A stretch of DNA of 64,000 bases, from the IMG/VR virus record IMGVR_UViG_3300028610_001314. The stretch is one strand, 5' to 3'. The stretch comes from a virus. Below are positions 54,910 through 63,824 of the stretch, piece after piece. The notes beneath the pieces are model-generated. The model was not told where the DNA came from. It saw nothing but the letters and a program-made list of their open reading frames with translations, and did no database searches. The translations under genes were made by a program, and so were the position numbers. Position 1 is the first letter of the stretch. Every line of letters starts with the position of its first letter.

Positions 54910-56241
54910 TTAATAGTTTGGTTCATATGCTAAATTTTTAAATGTAGTTGTTTTTTTATTCCAGTGAAGTTTTGCCATACCAGTAGGCCCGTTGCGCTGT
55001 TTTGCTATATTAAACTCGGCAATACTCTTGTTCGGGTTGTTTTCATCGTCGTTATAAACTTCATCTCGATACAGAAATGCTATAATATCGGCATCCTGTT
55101 CGATATTACCAGAGTCGCGCAAGTCTGACAGCCGTGGTTTTTTATCGGTTCGCTTTTCCAGTTCCCGGTTTAGTTGTGATAATAAAATCACAGGCACTTC
55201 TAGTTCCTTCGCAAGCGCCTTTAATCCGGCCGTAATAGAGCCAATTTCACGATCCCGGGTGGAACCCTTATCCCCCTGGACAAGCTGAAGGTGGTCAATA
55301 ATAAATAGTTTAATCCCTTCTTTTTTCTTTATTTCCCATGCTCTCCTGCGGATCTCATTGTAATGAAGAGAAGCAGAATCATCAAGAAATACAGGCCATG
55401 TGGTTATTTTACCCAATGCCTCTGTGATTTTAAACCAATCATCTTGTTTGAAATTGCCAGATCTAAATCTTTGGGAATTAACTCCGCTTTCCCCCGCTGT
55501 CTGTCTTGCGTAAAGTTGACGTTTAGACATTTCTAAGGAAAATATCGCCACGGGAACACCTTTTTCTCCTAAATATCCAGCTATATTAATCGCCAACGCT
55601 GTTTTTCCCATGCTCGGCCTTGCTGCGATGACAATTAGGTCTGTGTCTTGAAGGCCGCACGTTATTGAATCAACCACATGAAATCCTGTTGCCAATCCGG
55701 TAATTTTCTCTTTCTGGTTGGATATTTCTTCATAATGATCTACTTCTGAGTTTGTTAATTCTCCATATGAAACAAACGTACCACCGGCCCCAGTATCGAT
55801 TTCGCTTATTTGCTTTTGGGTTTGATCGATTATAGACTCGATATTTTCCTGATCTTCAAAACATTGCCTGGCAGTATTGTGTGATATTTCAATCATTTTT
55901 CTTAGGGCATATTTGTCTCTGATTATTTGGATGTGATGTTTAATATTATGACTTATAGGGATCTCGTCTACTAATCTTGCTAAATAGGTGGCTCCACCAA
56001 TTTCTTCTAACTGTTTCAGTTCTCTAAGTTTTGTCGAAACCTCCACTAAACCTGGCGCAATATCTTTGTTTAATAATTCAAGAATAACGGTATATATCTT
56101 TTGGTGAGCAGTTTTATAAAAATGCTCTGGTAATAATTGTAGTGCAATATCGTCTGTATAACCCAAAAGACATGAGGCTAATATTGATACCTCAACGTCT
56201 AAATCTTGTGGCGGTACATGGTTAGTTATCATATAATTCAT
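54910..56241 (-). CDS. dnaB: Replicative DNA helicase DnaB
   Basis: PPQDLDVE, IAARPSMGKT, FSLEMS, IDHLQL, LSQLNRELEKR, SDLRDSGNIEQDAD, KQRNGPTG. Confidence 0.97.
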   Translation of the reverse strand: MNYMITNHVPPQDLDVEVSILASCLLGYTDDIALQLLPEHFYKTAHQKIYTVILELLNKDIAPGLVEVSTKLRELKQLEEIGGATYLARLVDEIPISHNIKHHIQIIRDKYALRKMIEISHNTARQCFEDQENIESIIDQTQKQISEIDTGAGGTFVSYGELTNSEVDHYEEISNQKEKITGLATGFHVVDSITCGLQDTDLIVIAARPSMGKTALAINIAGYLGEKGVPVAIFSLEMSKRQLYARQTAGESGVNSQRFRSGNFKQDDWFKITEALGKITTWPVFLDDSASLHYNEIRRRAWEIKKKEGIKLFIIDHLQLVQGDKGSTRDREIGSITAGLKALAKELEVPVILLSQLNRELEKRTDKKPRLSDLRDSGNIEQDADIIAFLYRDEVYNDDENNPNKSIAEFNIAKQRNGPTGMAKLHWNKKTTTFKNLAYEPNY

Positions 56242-56995
56242 CCACGTTTTCTGGAGTTATTTCTTTTTGTGTTCTGGACTTTTCCTGTTTCGGCATCTTA
56301 ACCCATAATTTATCAAACTGCTTCCGTAGTTTACTTGTAGACAAAATATTTGCTTTCCAAAAATCATCTTGTTGACACCAAATAATTACTTTTCGTAGTT
56401 CATCCGGTGTGCGTTTATCAATCCGTATTGATAGATCAATATGGGAACACCATTTCTGTAAATTTGGTTTTTTAAATTTTGGATTATTTTTAAGGATAAG
56501 ATTAAATAGAAAAGAAGATAATTCAAATTCATCTGAATTCTCACTAAAGATATTATTATCATTCTTTTCATTCTTGTTATGTACCGCTGCTGTACCGTCG
56601 CCGTTCTCCTGCTCGTTCGTTCGCTGTTTCTTTCGTGGTTTCAACATGGGTTGTAAGTCGTTATAATTACATATAGTAAACAAGGTTCCTGCCTGTATCG
56701 TTCGTTGTGTTATTCGTGCGTCCTTCGTAAGTTCTTCGCAAATTCTTCGTACCGTGCTCAAAGACGGCTTTTTTAACCTGTATCCGATCTTATAAGCACA
56801 GTCGTTTTGTATGGTCCGGAGACTTCGGATTAACTGCCCCCTTTTTATCGGAATACCTAAAAATTTATTATCGGCATGATTGGCCTTCCCTAATAAATAG
56901 AGCCATATTTTAAGCTTCCAAGGGCTTGCAAACCAGATGTCGGAACTGAATATCTTCCGATCAATTGTGAATTTAGTCCCTTCACCTTCCCTCAT
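56222..56995 (-). CDS. Phage replication initiator (lambda O-like)
   Basis: KIWLYLLGKANH...IKRGQLIRS winged helix; C-terminal DDFWKANILSTSKLRKQFDKL; upstream of dnaB. Confidence 0.8.
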   Translation of the reverse strand: MREGEGTKFTIDRKIFSSDIWFASPWKLKIWLYLLGKANHADNKFLGIPIKRGQLIRSLRTIQNDCAYKIGYRLKKPSLSTVRRICEELTKDARITQRTIQAGTLFTICNYNDLQPMLKPRKKQRTNEQENGDGTAAVHNKNEKNDNNIFSENSDEFELSSFLFNLILKNNPKFKKPNLQKWCSHIDLSIRIDKRTPDELRKVIIWCQQDDFWKANILSTSKLRKQFDKLWVKMPKQEKSRTQKEITPENVDELYDN

Positions 56996-57183
56996 CTATT
57001 CTCACAATGGGCCGCACAGAGCCCTATGAATTTTTATATGACCGAATCCTTTCTTGAATAGCTTCTTCAACATCCAAGGGAACGCTACCGTGGCGTTCAT
57101 AAAGCCGTTCAAGATATATCTTCAGTTTGTGAATCCGTATTTGTCTTTCGGTATTTTTCATTCATCACCTATTTATATTTTCA

Positions 57184-57381
57184 TTAATTTTTATTTAAAG
57201 TAAGCTTTATGAGCCTGCGAAGGTGGTCGCTCGGGGGCCTACCTTTTTCTAAATACCTTATATACCTTGGCGTAACGCCCAAATCAGCCGCAAGTAGGTC
57301 ATATTTCATTGATTGCGGATAACGCTTCAACAGTTTGATAATATAGGTTTTTACAGATAGTTTGTTCATAATGGCATACAT
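57184..57381 (-). CDS. Cro-like HTH protein
   Basis: LLAADLGVTPRYIRYLEKG..PS; first gene of the replication operon. Confidence 0.75.
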   Translation of the reverse strand: MYAIMNKLSVKTYIIKLLKRYPQSMKYDLLAADLGVTPRYIRYLEKGRPPSDHLRRLIKLTLNKN

Positions 57382-57480
57382 TACTATGAAATGGTTTCAA
57401 TTGTCAAGGAAAAAACAAAAACAATTAAATGAACTTATTTCAAAATAAAGGTTGACAACTCACATTCCTTTATAATAAGG
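57381..57480. promoter_or_regulatory. Divergent promoter region
   Basis: TTGACA on - strand at 57402-57407 (N18-TAATGT) and on + strand at 57452-57457. Confidence 0.5.
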
Positions 57481-57854
57481 ATGAACCATAAAAGTAATTT
57501 GTCCTGATTATAATAAATGTGACAAGCAGCCGCTTAATAAAGAATCAAGCAAACATTGCTATCCTCACGCTCCAGACGAATTGTGTAAGGGCGGGTGTGG
57601 TTGGAATGAAAAATTAAATCAAAACAAACCGTGTGTTCAATTTCCAATAGAAGAAGAACGTCCCGATTAGTAGCCGACCCCAATTCCGTGTGCCACCGGC
57701 CGGGAATCAGGCGAAAACTTGGGAACCGACAAAAACCCGTTGGCTTGTAATTCAGAACAAACTTACAACTGGCAGAACCGGTGAGAGAGGCACAGGGTCT
57801 CAGCTTAAAAGGGAAGGCAACTCGCCGTTTCTGCCAAAACAAGAGGATAGAAGG

Positions 57855-58073
57855 ATGAGATGCAAAATTATTAAAATAGGACCGGCAGACGCTTTTTGTC
57901 GTGAACGTGATATTAAGAGGCTTCACAACCAAAAAGGGGTGTTTAAAAGGTCTGATACAACACCTTGTAAATGGTTGCAGGGCAGGTTTATTTTTGACGA
58001 TCCAAAAATAACCAGCGGCGGACGGCTTAGTTTCTATCAAATATGCATTCAGCCACTTGAGCCGTGGTCATAA
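57855..58073 (+). CDS. Hypothetical protein
   Basis: 72 aa from MRCKII, RBS-like AGAGGATAGAAGG. Confidence 0.5.
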   Translation: MRCKIIKIGPADAFCRERDIKRLHNQKGVFKRSDTTPCKWLQGRFIFDDPKITSGGRLSFYQICIQPLEPWS

Positions 58074-58083
58074 GGAGAATTAG

Positions 58084-59304
58084 ATGTCTGAAAAAACAAT
58101 GGACGTAACAGCAGCCCTTGACCATTTAAGAGAATCACACCCAGATGAAGCTAATTGGCTGGATCAGGTTTATAAAAGGGATGTGGTGGCTCTGGGAACG
58201 GATGAATCATACGCTTTAAGGGACTCAGAAGGCGAAATAAGGTGCTATAAAGAAATGTTGACCCTTTCCACTGCTAATGATGGCTTGGTGAAGATACAGG
58301 GCAGGCATACCATATCAGCACAAGGATATGAAGCCTGGGCCGATGCTGTTGGGGCCTCCGTTATTTTTCCGGCCTCTGTCGTGGTAGACGGTAAAAAAAT
58401 TGGCAATCCACATCTAATCAAAGAAAGTGGAAAGGTGGTTTCTGTTTATGCCCGGGCAATAGCTTTCAGATTTTCCGGCAAAGGTGTACCCATGGCATCT
58501 GATTGGACCACCATTCTTGATCTTCGTATATATAAGATGATTGATTTCTTAGCCAAAACAAAAGAATTCCCACAAGCATTTCAGTTTCTACCAAAAGAAG
58601 TGCTACCAGACGGAGCCGAGACAAACAGGTGGGCCGATTATCCTTTTGATGAGAGCACAACCCTTTGGTTCAACACCGCCCATCCAGAGGCTTTAAGGTG
58701 GCTATCAACGATTTTAAACCGAGAAAAAAAAGCCGTTGATTACGCCCAGACCTTCGCAAAACGAAATGCACTTAAACATCTCTCTGGACTACAAAAACCT
58801 CCACAGAACGCAAGCGCGTGGCCCATGGTTGTATATTCCTGGCGTCCGATCCACGGCCAGATGATTAACTGGAATGCCACGAAATATCTTCAATTGCAAG
58901 ATTCGGTTGAAAAACATATCCATGGTGAGCAGATCCAGGTAGAAACCGGTACCGAGCGAGTTGAAGAAGATGCTGATCAGGTCGGCATGGAAGATACCAT
59001 TGATATTGAAGATAAGCCCGAAACCGACGAGCAACCAGAGGAAATCACCCCAGAAGATAAAGAGGAAGCCATTGACGTAGAGGTTCAGGAAACGGAGCCC
59101 GAACCGGAAGTTGAAGAGCTGGACGCTGTTGAGGAATATTCTTCTGATGATAAAAAGATTGTCGAGTCTTATCAGAAAGCTAAATCCTTTTTTGATGATT
59201 ATGCATATCCAGAAGCATGTAAAAAATTAAAACTAGACCCCAAAGGAAAACATACCGTAGAACAGATGGAGCTAATCAATAAGGCTATTAATAATATGGT
59301 GTAA
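58084..59304 (+). CDS. Putative single-strand annealing protein (Rad52/RecT-like) with acidic C-terminal tail
   Basis: ISAQGY..., AQTFAKRNALKHL end-of-core motif; D/E-rich linker; recombination context. Confidence 0.5.
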   Translation: MSEKTMDVTAALDHLRESHPDEANWLDQVYKRDVVALGTDESYALRDSEGEIRCYKEMLTLSTANDGLVKIQGRHTISAQGYEAWADAVGASVIFPASVVVDGKKIGNPHLIKESGKVVSVYARAIAFRFSGKGVPMASDWTTILDLRIYKMIDFLAKTKEFPQAFQFLPKEVLPDGAETNRWADYPFDESTTLWFNTAHPEALRWLSTILNREKKAVDYAQTFAKRNALKHLSGLQKPPQNASAWPMVVYSWRPIHGQMINWNATKYLQLQDSVEKHIHGEQIQVETGTERVEEDADQVGMEDTIDIEDKPETDEQPEEITPEDKEEAIDVEVQETEPEPEVEELDAVEEYSSDDKKIVESYQKAKSFFDDYAYPEACKKLKLDPKGKHTVEQMELINKAINNMV

Positions 59305-59318
59305 AAAAGGAGTATTTC

Positions 59319-59570
59319 ATGGAAATAATTGGGAAGACCGCAAGCGGGTTTATTGTAAGCATTCCAAAAGATGATTTAGAGATGTTGACCGGACATTATT
59401 ATGGGAAAAGCAGGTTTTATATAGGGCAGAAATTGGTTGTTGACAAGCTGTACAATCAATTGACCAGGCTCACCACCCATGAAAAAGATATCAAAAAACT
59501 GGCTCACAGCCTAAAGACCGCTGCCGGAATGCTGGAAAAGATAGATCCGGTTTTTGAACAGAAGAAATAA
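59319..59570 (+). CDS. Hypothetical protein
   Basis: 83 aa, AAGGAG RBS. Confidence 0.65.
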   Translation: MEIIGKTASGFIVSIPKDDLEMLTGHYYGKSRFYIGQKLVVDKLYNQLTRLTTHEKDIKKLAHSLKTAAGMLEKIDPVFEQKK

Positions 59571-59586
59571 TCAAAGGAGTTTCGTA

Positions 59587-60651
59587 ATGATATCAGCGGT
59601 AAAAGCAAAGGGATTTAAAGGTCTGACTTTCACTCAAGAACTCGGACCTAAAAACATTTTCTTTGGTGGCAATGGTTCAGGGAAGTCTGCCAGGAAAGAG
59701 GCGCTTATTCTTGGAGTCAACGGCCCTACAGGAAAACAAAACTCCGCGGTATTAAATGCTTACGGCAAAGGGGAAAATCCCGTTGAAGTCGGTATAAAGA
59801 TCGTTGATACTTGGTTTGATCGCATATTCAAAAAGGCCAAATCCAGCGTTACCCAAATCCACAAGATTAATAATAAAAAGGTGGATAAAATTAAATTCGC
59901 CACCGAAATGGGGAAGGCTATCGGGACAGTCAGCGCCTTTGATGTTTCCAGTTTTGTGGATGCTTCTGATAAGAAAAAAATCTCACAGGTATTTGATTTA
60001 TTCCCGCCCGAAGGTGATGTTAGCTCTGTGGAAGATGAAATTGACGCACTTAAAACAGAGATTAACGCCAGGCATGCATCTATACGAGTGGCAGAGGAAT
60101 TGGTTGCCAAGCTTACAAAATCAATTGCCGAAACCGAACTACCACCCGGGACCTTGGCTATGACAGTGAATGATAAAGAAAAAATTGCCAATGAAATCGA
60201 TGTTGTTCAAGCTGAGATCCAAAAAGAAAAAGATGCAGAGGCCAAGCGTATAGCAGATGAAAAAACGAAAAAAGCAGAGGACGATGCCAGGGTTGAGGAA
60301 AAGGCAAAAGCCAAGGAACAGGCAGATAAAACGGCCAAGAAAACGGCAGCAGATACCAAGCGCCAGGTAGAAGTAGCCGTAATAGAGACAGAAAAACAAC
60401 ACATCTCTCCAGACGGAGTCGCTGCAGAACAACAAATGCTTAACAAAATGTCACCCAAAAAACGCGCCCAGATCGTAGATCCTCAACAAGTTGCCTCCAA
60501 TAGTTATGATGTGGGCATTAAAGCCGTTGAAACGATCATAGATGTTATCAATAACATGAAAGAATGTAATAACTGCTTTGCGGAAATGGTGGCCAATGCA
60601 GAGCTTAAGAAGCTGTTTGAACTTAAAAAAACTTCGATGATTAAATTCTAA
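59587..60651 (+). CDS. Rad50/SbcC-like ATPase, N-terminal half
   Basis: GFKG...NIFFGGNGSGKS..EAL Walker A, long coiled coil, C-terminal CNNC. Confidence 0.75.
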   Translation: MISAVKAKGFKGLTFTQELGPKNIFFGGNGSGKSARKEALILGVNGPTGKQNSAVLNAYGKGENPVEVGIKIVDTWFDRIFKKAKSSVTQIHKINNKKVDKIKFATEMGKAIGTVSAFDVSSFVDASDKKKISQVFDLFPPEGDVSSVEDEIDALKTEINARHASIRVAEELVAKLTKSIAETELPPGTLAMTVNDKEKIANEIDVVQAEIQKEKDAEAKRIADEKTKKAEDDARVEEKAKAKEQADKTAKKTAADTKRQVEVAVIETEKQHISPDGVAAEQQMLNKMSPKKRAQIVDPQQVASNSYDVGIKAVETIIDVINNMKECNNCFAEMVANAELKKLFELKKTSMIKF

Positions 60652-60655
60652 AACC

Positions 60656-61291
60656 ATGAAAACAAGACCGATAATATTTCAACCCGACTCGGTTCGGGCG
60701 ATTTTTGGTGGTAGGAAATCGCAGACACGAAGGATTGTTAATATTCGCCCTGGAGATCATTTTAACACCAACAAGATTGAAGTCGGAATGGTTTCCGGTG
60801 ATAAGGGCGAATATTACGGGTTTACGTCAGAAGAATATGACTACAAATGCCCCTACGGAGTTCCCGGCGACAGGCTTTGGGTCAGAGAATCTTGGTGCGT
60901 TCATGCCCGATATGACGGACTCAGACCAAAGGTGTTGCCCGAGATAAAATACCTGCAAAATGCCGTAACGCATATGGCAGATGTTTACAAAGCCGAAAAG
61001 TCTTTATGGATGGGCAAGACACGACCATCAATATTTATGCCCCGTAAATATTCCCGCCTTACGCTCGAAATCACGAATATCAGGGTTGAGAGGGTGCAGG
61101 ATATAAGCACGCATGATGCTTATTGGGAGGGTGTTGAAGATTGCGATGTGTTCGGTCACGATGATTGTTTTTATGGAACTGTTGGCAGGGTGTGTTCATT
61201 CGAAAGACTTTGGGACAAGATGCACGGCAAAAAATACCCCTGGTCAAGCAATCCCTGGGTTTGGGTGATTGAATTTAAAAAGGAGCCATAA
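60656..61291 (+). CDS. Conserved phage ASCH/PUA-like protein
   Basis: MKTRPIIF...RAIFGGRKSQTRR, CPYG.PGDRLWVRE, PSIFMPR..SRLTLEIT..RVER, NPWVWVIEF. Confidence 0.8.
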   Translation: MKTRPIIFQPDSVRAIFGGRKSQTRRIVNIRPGDHFNTNKIEVGMVSGDKGEYYGFTSEEYDYKCPYGVPGDRLWVRESWCVHARYDGLRPKVLPEIKYLQNAVTHMADVYKAEKSLWMGKTRPSIFMPRKYSRLTLEITNIRVERVQDISTHDAYWEGVEDCDVFGHDDCFYGTVGRVCSFERLWDKMHGKKYPWSSNPWVWVIEFKKEP

Positions 61292-61875
61292 TGACACAAA
61301 TACCAGAACTAGAACAGCAACTACAGGGACTCAAGGCAAGAAAACTTGAACTTGAAGCCAACGAAAAGATTTTTATAAAGGTCCAGGGTTTGACAGAAAG
61401 CATGGAGAAAACTCGGGCTGAAATTGGGGGCCTAGAGGATGATAACACCCCAGCAAAAGAGTCTCTATCCGAACTCGAATACAAAAGGGCTCAGTTAATC
61501 AAAAAACCCTTGATGATAATGCAAGAATCTATGGACTCTGTAATGCCAGAAGGGAAATCTGCCATTATAGAAATTACAGATGAAAATGAGGTTAAGTTCG
61601 GAATTTTATCAACCGGTCCCGATGGAGTTGTGTTTTCGCCACACGCAGGTTTGTCAGGATCAGAGCAGGTCATGTTCGACCAGGCCCTCACCTTTGCGCT
61701 CATGAAGAATTCTGATCATGTGATATTGTGTTATGAAGCAGCCGAAATTGATGATAACGGTCTGGTAGAACTGATAAAATCATTACATGACCAGAAAGGC
61801 GCTCAGATTATTGTAAATTCATGCCACAACCCAGATGTAACATTTAGCAAAGAATGGAATACGGTTCAATTATAA
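61291..61875 (+). CDS. Rad50/SbcC-like ATPase, C-terminal half
   Basis: Coiled coil then GLSGSEQ signature, ILCYEAAEID (Walker B/D-loop), IIVNSCH (H-loop). Confidence 0.75.
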   Translation: MTQIPELEQQLQGLKARKLELEANEKIFIKVQGLTESMEKTRAEIGGLEDDNTPAKESLSELEYKRAQLIKKPLMIMQESMDSVMPEGKSAIIEITDENEVKFGILSTGPDGVVFSPHAGLSGSEQVMFDQALTFALMKNSDHVILCYEAAEIDDNGLVELIKSLHDQKGAQIIVNSCHNPDVTFSKEWNTVQL

Positions 61876-61887
61876 TATAAAAGTGGT

Positions 61888-62166
61888 ATGGAAACCGTTA
61901 TTACATATAAAGAGTTTTATGAAAAATCTAAAACAGAGCCGCGCCTACAACAGCTTGTTGGTCAATGTCTAATGAGTGCCCTTAAGGTCGCCAAAAAAGC
62001 AGAAAAAGTATTTCCAAATAGCCCAAAAGCGGATATTGGTTATTTAATATTGTCAGCCATTAAAACCATAGGTCAAATAGAAGGTTTCGTGCTTGTTGGC
62101 GAAGAAGAAATTGATGCTGAATATATGAGCGAAATATTAAATTCTTATCAAGGAGCAAGGCCATGA
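61888..62166 (+). CDS. Hypothetical protein
   Basis: 92 aa, operon context. Confidence 0.55.
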   Translation: METVITYKEFYEKSKTEPRLQQLVGQCLMSALKVAKKAEKVFPNSPKADIGYLILSAIKTIGQIEGFVLVGEEEIDAEYMSEILNSYQGARP

Positions 62167-62324
62167 ATTGTCCAAAATGTGAAGCTGAATTAAATGAAGA
62201 TAATTTTAAAATAGTTGTGTGGGACAGTTCGGCCGATATCGAGCTAACCTGCCCTTCCTGTGAAATCGAAGATGACCCCTTTCTTTCTTTCGACCAGGAA
62301 TATTTAAACGAAAATATTTATTAA
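62163..62324 (+). CDS. Zinc-ribbon microprotein (53 aa, not in track)
   Basis: MNCPKC...LTCPSC; ATGA-coupled. Confidence 0.55.
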   Translation: MNCPKCEAELNEDNFKIVVWDSSADIELTCPSCEIEDDPFLSFDQEYLNENIY

Positions 62325-62338
62325 AAGGAGCAAAGGTC

Positions 62339-62743
62339 ATGCTGAAACAAGAATACGCATCAAAAATGGTAAAGGTTAACTTCACACAAGCTGAAATGGT
62401 TGACCTCGGAGGAAGATTAGCTGAACAACATCAGGATTTTGAAGATTTAGAAATCCAGAAGTCCGCAGCGTCTTCAGACTTCACGGCCCGGATTAAGGCT
62501 GTACGCCTTGCTATCGCTGGATTATTCCGCAAGATTAAAGATGGTTTTGAAATGCAGCGACATGATTGTCTCGTTGAATATGATTACAATCTCAACATGG
62601 TTCATTATGTTTTTGAGCGCAATGGCTTACGAACCATTGTTGAACAGCGAAGCATGACCCCGGCCGAAAGACAAGTGGCCTTGGCCTTGGAATTCAAAAA
62701 GAAACTTTTCAACGGCAACAATATCGAAACCTTCATTTCCTAA
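62339..62743 (+). CDS. Hypothetical protein
   Basis: 134 aa, AGGAG RBS, coiled coil. Confidence 0.7.
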   Translation: MLKQEYASKMVKVNFTQAEMVDLGGRLAEQHQDFEDLEIQKSAASSDFTARIKAVRLAIAGLFRKIKDGFEMQRHDCLVEYDYNLNMVHYVFERNGLRTIVEQRSMTPAERQVALALEFKKKLFNGNNIETFIS

Positions 62744-62749
62744 TAAATC

Positions 62750-63169
62750 ATGCGTGTCAAACACAAAGCTGTCATTCGCCACGGAAAAATGAAACTCGAT
62801 GATCCTGACTTGTTCAAAAAGGAGATGAAGTCTTTCAAGGATGGATCTGAGGTTTATTTTGTCGTGAAGCCAAAAGAGCCCACCATAGATGACCAACTCA
62901 GGCGATATTACTTTAGCCAGGTGCTACACTTGATATCAGAAGAAACCGGAATGTTATCGAAAGATGATCTTCACCTAAACATGAAAATCAAGTTTGCCAG
63001 CTATATTGACGAGAGAACCGGCATGACCGTGACACATTCTGTCTTTTCAGATGGATCTACCATGGGTGTTGCTATTAAAAGAAAGTTTATCTGGAATGTA
63101 AAACAGTGGGCCTTTGAGTTTTTAAACATTACGTTTCCAGAGAAGGGTGAGGCTGAAAGTGACCAATGA
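62750..63169 (+). CDS. NinB/YbcN-like recombination protein
   Basis: TIDDQLRRYYFS.VL..ISEETG..SKDDLH..MK..F. Confidence 0.6.
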   Translation: MRVKHKAVIRHGKMKLDDPDLFKKEMKSFKDGSEVYFVVKPKEPTIDDQLRRYYFSQVLHLISEETGMLSKDDLHLNMKIKFASYIDERTGMTVTHSVFSDGSTMGVAIKRKFIWNVKQWAFEFLNITFPEKGEAESDQ

Positions 63170-63328
63170 TGGAACTTATAAAATTTATATTTAGTGGGTT
63201 TTGGATATTTTTTGGGTTCTTGGTATTAATATGTGCAATTTCAAATAGACATTGGAATATCAGAAAACACGGATACCCACCATCCCACTGTGATGCCGAT
63301 GGAGATTTCAAGAAAGAAGAATCTTAAG

Positions 63329-63790
63329 ATGAAAGTGATTAGTTTATGGCAGCCATGGGCCTCCTTGATGGCCTGGGGAATAAAAACAATCGAAACGAGA
63401 CATTGGCCGTTACCTCAAAACATAAAAGGGCCGATAGCTATCCATGCCGCAAAAAAGTTAGTTAAAGTCAAAGATCCTTATTTCGAGGATGCTTTGTTGG
63501 AGCGCAATTTGTCTTACAATGATCTGCCGAGAGGGTTTATTCTTTGCTATTTTGACACAGTAGAATGTATCCTGATCAACTACCGGCAAGATGGTGTGCC
63601 GGATTATCCAGAAAGAGCTTTTGGAGATTATACACCAGGACGATATATGTGGAAAATGAAAGGATTGAATGTATTGCCGTGGCCACTAATGATCCAGGGA
63701 AGGCAGGGAATATGGAACTGGAACACAAGCGAACATCCAATTCCCTCAAATGATGTAGCAAAACCAGAACAGCAATTAAAATTGTTTTAA
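63329..63790 (+). CDS. ASCH-domain protein
   Basis: MKVISLWQPWASLMAWGIKTIETRHW, IAIHAAKK, GRQGIWNW. Confidence 0.85.
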   Translation: MKVISLWQPWASLMAWGIKTIETRHWPLPQNIKGPIAIHAAKKLVKVKDPYFEDALLERNLSYNDLPRGFILCYFDTVECILINYRQDGVPDYPERAFGDYTPGRYMWKMKGLNVLPWPLMIQGRQGIWNWNTSEHPIPSNDVAKPEQQLKLF

Positions 63791-63824
63791 ATATTAAAGA
63801 GCTTATGGCTGAAAGGAGATCAAA

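Noticed and set aside
50961-57180. Further apparent frameshifts in small ORFs at about 51010 and 57115
   Set aside because: On re-reading both frames are continuous (59-aa and about 45-aa ORFs), so there is no evidence of pervasive indel errors.
49961-57476. Novel promoter class with 13-nt spacer (TTGACA-N13-TATGCT at 49961-49985 minus; TTGACA-N13-TATAAT at 57452-57476 plus)
   Set aside because: Only two cases in AT-rich DNA; other promoters here have normal 16-18 nt spacers.
57534-58040. 168-aa minus-strand ORF as a CI repressor
   Set aside because: No HTH or S24 peptidase motif; it overlaps better-supported + strand frames.
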